A DNA stretch of 64,000 nucleotides from Octopus vulgaris. Lineage: Eukaryota. The first letter of the stretch is position 1, and each line of letters begins with the position of its first letter. The position numbers and the translations under genes are program-made. Shown here one piece after another: positions 59,280 to 64,000 of the stretch. The stretch spans positions 130,014,001-130,078,000 of the forward strand of contig OX597819.1 of NCBI GenBank assembly GCA_951406725.2. Reading direction: 5' to 3'. The notes under the pieces were generated by a model that saw only the letters and a list, made by a program, of their open reading frames with translations, searched no databases and was not told the DNA's origin.

Positions 59280-59485
59280 ATCCAAACATGAAAACACAAA
59301 GATAAAACACAAGAACGCGTGGACGTGGAACAAATATAGTAGTATTGGACGCTCAGGAAGGAAGGAAAGAAGGAGGGTTTAACGTTTCGAGCGGAGCTCT
59401 TCGTCAGAAACATAGGAAAAGGAAAGATCCAAAGAAGGGAAGACGGAGGAAAAAAATCGCCAACGGTACACACGTGGTCACACAT
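59276..59485 (-). mobile_element. (TA)n-adjacent Penelope-type mini-element with hammerhead
   Basis: Abuts a long (TA)n. Shares gaagagc...gctcgaaacgt...ttcctgagc with the elements at 9820 and 26085. Confidence 0.55.
59377..59411 (-). ncRNA. Predicted minimal type I hammerhead ribozyme with one extra A after the core
   Basis: Minus strand: gttt-CTGACGA-a-gagc-tcc-gctc-GAAA-cg-TT-aaac. Stems I and II are 4 bp each, stem III is the palindrome ACGT, and the triplet is GUU. Confidence 0.55.
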
Positions 59486-59668
59486 GGTAAAGTGCATGCT
59501 AGCGTATTCCATGTAGGGAAGGAATTCGTTCCTTCGTTAATAATGTTAAATATATTCTTTCGCGCTTTACTGTTTCGTTTTGTTGCAGTAGCATCCCTGC
59601 GTATTTATTCCCAATCATTCCTCCATATGCCAACATATTGCAACCATAGAACGTAGAAGTCCACTTAC

Positions 59669-59765
59669 CTGTGTCTCCGTTTCTTCTTCTTTTTTTTGCC
59701 CCCTCCACCTCCAGGACTTTCCAAACTATCTAACGTCCGTTTGTCACTCAAACCATTTTCCAGAA
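59669..59765 (-). CDS. Vsx: Vsx homeobox gene, internal exon upstream of the homeodomain exon (basic tract/NLS and homeodomain N-terminal arm)
   Basis: Minus strand reads ttgtttctttttcag|TT CTG GAA...AAA CGG AGA CAC AG|gtaagt. The 97-nt exon is phase 1 to phase 2 and encodes LENGLSDKRTLDSLESPGGGGGKKKKKKRRH(R). It splices in frame to 11152-11275. KKRRHR is the Vsx homeodomain start. Confidence 0.9.
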
Positions 59766-60185
59766 CTGAAAAAGAAACAAATAATAATAACAATAATAAT
59801 AATAATAATAATAATAATAGTTTCAAATTTTACCACAAAGAGAAGCAATTCTGAGGGGGGAAATCAGCCTCAGTATTCAACTGGTACTTATTTTATCGAG
59901 TACGAAAGTATGAAAGGCAAAGTCGATATTAATCATAATAATAATAATAATGATGATAATGATGATGTTTTCAAATTTTGCCATATGGGCAGCCATTTTT
60001 GGTGGAGGGGATAAGTCAATTACATCAACCCCCAGTGTTTCACTGGTACTTAATTTATCGACTCCAAAAAGATGAAAAGCAAGGTCGATCTCGGCGGAAT
60101 TTGAACTCAGAACGCAGCGACGGGTGACATACCGCTCTGCATCATCTCCAGTGTGCTAATGATTACACCGGCTCTGTTACCTTCA

Positions 60186-60187
60186 TA

Positions 60188-60240
<53 letters not shown>

Positions 60241-60271
60241 AATGATGAGGATGATGATAATAATGATGATG

Positions 60272-60303
<32 letters not shown>

Positions 60304-60458
60304 GATGATGATGATGATGGTGATGTTGAGGATGAGGATGATGATGATGATGATGATGTTGATGATGATGGTGTTGGTGATGATGATGATGATGATGATG
60401 GTGATGATGGTGATGATTATGATGATGATGATGATGATGATGTTGATAATGATGATAG

Positions 60459-60522
<64 letters not shown>

Positions 60523-60524
60523 AG

Positions 60525-60584
<60 letters not shown>

Positions 60585-60605
60585 CACAGATGACGACGAC
60601 GACGA
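60186..60605. repeat. (GAT)n microsatellite
   Basis: Direct reading. Similar tracts lie at 30370-30700 and 63225-63500. Confidence 0.95.
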
Positions 60606-62037
60606 CTGGGTATAAAAATCGATTGGACGCTCGGGTCCGGAATTTCTTTGACCATAGCTATAGTAATAATAATAAACGACATCATTGCCATCATTATCAA
60701 CAACAACAACAGCAACAAATGTAATCGAGGAAGAAAATTTACAAGCAAAATAAACGCGAGTCTGATTTCAGTATTAATACTGAAGGCGGCGGCGAACTGA
60801 CGCCATTGTTTGCGCGCCGGGCGAAATCCTCGGCTTCGAATCCCGCCGAGATCGGCTTTGCTTTTGATCCTTTCGAAGTCGATAAAATAAGGACCAGTTG
60901 TGCACTGGGGTCTATGTAATTGATTTAAGTTCTCCCCCCCACACACACACACACAAATCGCTGACCTAGTGCCAAAATCTGAAACCAATATTAATAACCA
61001 AGAAGAGGAATTTATTTATTTTGGAAGATAATTATGGCCGTGAGTACAATAGTCGTGATGATGATGATGGTGGTGGTGGTGGTGGTGGTGGTGGTGGTGG
61101 TGGGGTGATGATGAGGAGGATGATCATCATGATAATGAGGAGGCGGAGGACGAGTAAAGTGATGGTGGGATGATAAGCTCTGAGTTGTTGAAATCATGAC
61201 GATAACATGATTATCAATGAATAGGTAGTAACGTACAGTAAACCCCTGAGTATGGACACCATAAATTGGACATAATCCATCGACCCTATCCTGTAAAAGA
61301 ACTGACGAATGTACAGTGAGTTGTGGCGGGAATATGTGGTTGAGTCAGATCAACACAGAACTGACCCCAGGTGCTGAGTTTCGAATTGTACGAAGCAGCT
61401 CTTTAGTACTTGCGTTGCAGGCTTGAACACTAGTTAACAGTGGAAGTACTTTGAGACATTATACCTCCCAGCCCTATGCTGACTTTTATTGGTATATTTA
61501 TTCATTTATATACTGATTTAACCATTAATTAAATATCAAATATTTCTGAGGCCGTATTCCACCAATGACAGGGAAATCATCAACTGTGAAAGTGGCACTT
61601 AAGTACCAGACTTAAGTACTAGGATCGATAGAATCGCATAAAATGCCTGAAAGCGTTTAGCTTGGCGTGGTTGCAGTCCACTGCCCGAAACAAGTAAAAG
61701 GAAAAACGAAGACTCCAAATCTCTTCGCATATAAGACCGGAACGTGATTTTCGTGTGCTTAGATAGACTTGTTTTTAAACGCTTGTTTTTGTAATGTTAG
61801 TCTTTAGGCAGCGGGCATGCCAGGCCTCTGCATTCAAAGATTTTAAAAACTATATCGAATCGAGCGGTTTACTTGGCATAATTCAGTAATTACAAGTTGT
61901 CTATGGTTAAGTCCAGTTAGATGCAAAGTTCCAAAATGGGTCTTCTTTCGACGCCTCGAATTAATGTCAATTTAGGTACACTCACAACTACGTTCACTCA
62001 CACGTACACACACCGGAACACACACACAGACGCGCGT

Positions 62038-62095
<58 letters not shown>

Positions 62096-62962
62096 TTCTA
62101 TTTATCTCTCTCTCTATCTACACACACACACACACCTCTCTATTTATCTCTCTCTCTCTCTATCTACACACACACACACATACACACACACACACACAGA
62201 CACATGTGTATATAGTATATATATACCTATTATTATTTTATTAAAGCAGAAAAGAAAATTTCACAAACTGTTACAGTTACTCAGAGATCCACGTTCGTCA
62301 GAGTTGTGATATGTATGTGTGTATGTGAGTGTGTGTGTATGTGAGTGTGTGTGTGTGTGTGTGCGTGTGTGTGTGTGTGTCTGTCTATCTGTCTGTGTCT
62401 GTGTGTTATTTGTGTATGTGTGTGTGTGTGTGCATGTATGTATATGTATGTAATTCATGCATACGCATATAAACAACGGGCTTCTTTACACCTTACTCAG
62501 TGCTTCGAATCGACCCTTCTTAGCCATACAACTCTGCCTGCGTCCATCTACGCCACAAGCTCCCATTTTCCTTTTCTTAGCTGAAGTCTCTTGCGCTGCG
62601 TCAAGAAAAGACCTATCTTATTTCTGTAAGACAACCGGTAAGTAGAGATGAAACCGTGAACACCTAGGTTGATGGAAAGGGGTGATTAGAAGGAGTTAGA
62701 ATGGATTATGATGGGTATAAAAGGGGTGGTCGTGATCGTTAATGGTGTAGTGGTGTGGGAAGAAGCCACTGTCTTGTGTAGCGCCAACGAACACTTTTCA
62801 GAGCTTGCAACGAGTTGTATTCAATACGCTTGTTTCAATCGTGTCGAGGTGGGGTGTATAAATGTCATGAATGGGATGAAAAGTGAAGGGAAAGGGGGGA
62901 GTAGGGCTAAATGTGGAGGCGATAGGTGATATGTATATATATATATATATTTATTATATTAC

Positions 62963-63038
<76 letters not shown>

Positions 63039-63230
63039 CTCGCTCTCTCTCTCTCTCTATATATATATATAATGTATACGCGTTATATAAGCCACGAGGC
63101 AGAGATTTGTAGCCGGAGCCTTACCTCATATTGTTTAATGCATTTGATTTTGTTATACGAGAATCGTTGAAATTCGAAACCACAATACACTAGAACAAAC
63201 AAATAAATGAATAAAAACAAAAAGTGATGA

Positions 63231-63264
<34 letters not shown>

Positions 63265-63313
63265 GGTGGTGGTGGTGGTGGTGCTGCTGATGATGATGAT
63301 GATGATGACGATG

Positions 63314-63346
<33 letters not shown>

Positions 63347-63374
63347 GTGATAATGATGATGATGATGGTGGTGG

Positions 63375-63418
<44 letters not shown>

Positions 63419-63446
63419 GTGATAATGATGATGATGATGGTGGTGG

Positions 63447-63477
<31 letters not shown>

Positions 63478-63715
63478 AAGGATAGTAATAATAGTAATAG
63501 TGAAAAAAAGCAGAAAGGTAGAAATGAAGAGCAGCAGACGGGGAAAAAATAAAATGTAATGAAATGAGAAGTTTAGAACGTTTTTTTTGTTTGATGGAAC
63601 TGGAGATTGTTCAATAAAACAATGGAACAGTATTCCTCTTCAAAGAAGAATTTAGGGAGAGTTTGGTGAACAGATTTTTATATATATAAAGTGTTGGTAT
63701 TATGTACGTGTGAAT

Positions 63716-63747
<32 letters not shown>

Positions 63748-63910
63748 ATGCGTATTTGTGAGTCGGTTGGATACGCTGGTTGTTTCTCGCTTTAATGCAA
63801 CGTTAAAACATTAACTACAACAGATATTTATCCAGGTAGACGCACACACAAATACAAACACACGTATACTCGCACCCTCACGGTGTGTGTATGGATGTAT
63901 ATCCATCTAG

Positions 63911-63953
<43 letters not shown>

Positions 63954-64000
63954 TATATATATATATATATATATATTGTGTAGACTACACACTCATGCAT

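Overview
Eukaryotic, AT-rich DNA saturated with microsatellites and SINEs. The repeat types point to an octopus or other coleoid cephalopod (inference). Almost all ORFs in the supplied track are translated microsatellites. The only host gene I can support is missed by the track: two minus-strand exons (59669-59765 and 11152-11275) of a Vsx/Chx10/ceh-10 paired-like homeobox gene, joined across a 48,393-bp phase-2 intron. Its other exons were not found in the window. The introns hold at least four tRNA-derived SINE families, fragments of Tx1, R4/Dong, CR1/L2, RTE and Penelope retroelements, a Bmmar1-like (maT) Tc1/mariner element, non-autonomous Helitrons and a hAT MITE. Two observations stand out. 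(1) Short (TA)n-embedded Penelope-type mini-elements carry predicted hammerhead ribozymes, and the best two (56904-56989, 59377-59411) are in the sense orientation of the Vsx pre-mRNA near the 5' end of the large intron. (2) Two SINE families share their 3' tails with LINEs present in the same window (Tx1 and CR1/L2). All calls were made by eye, with no database searches or folding software, and repeat boundaries are approximate.
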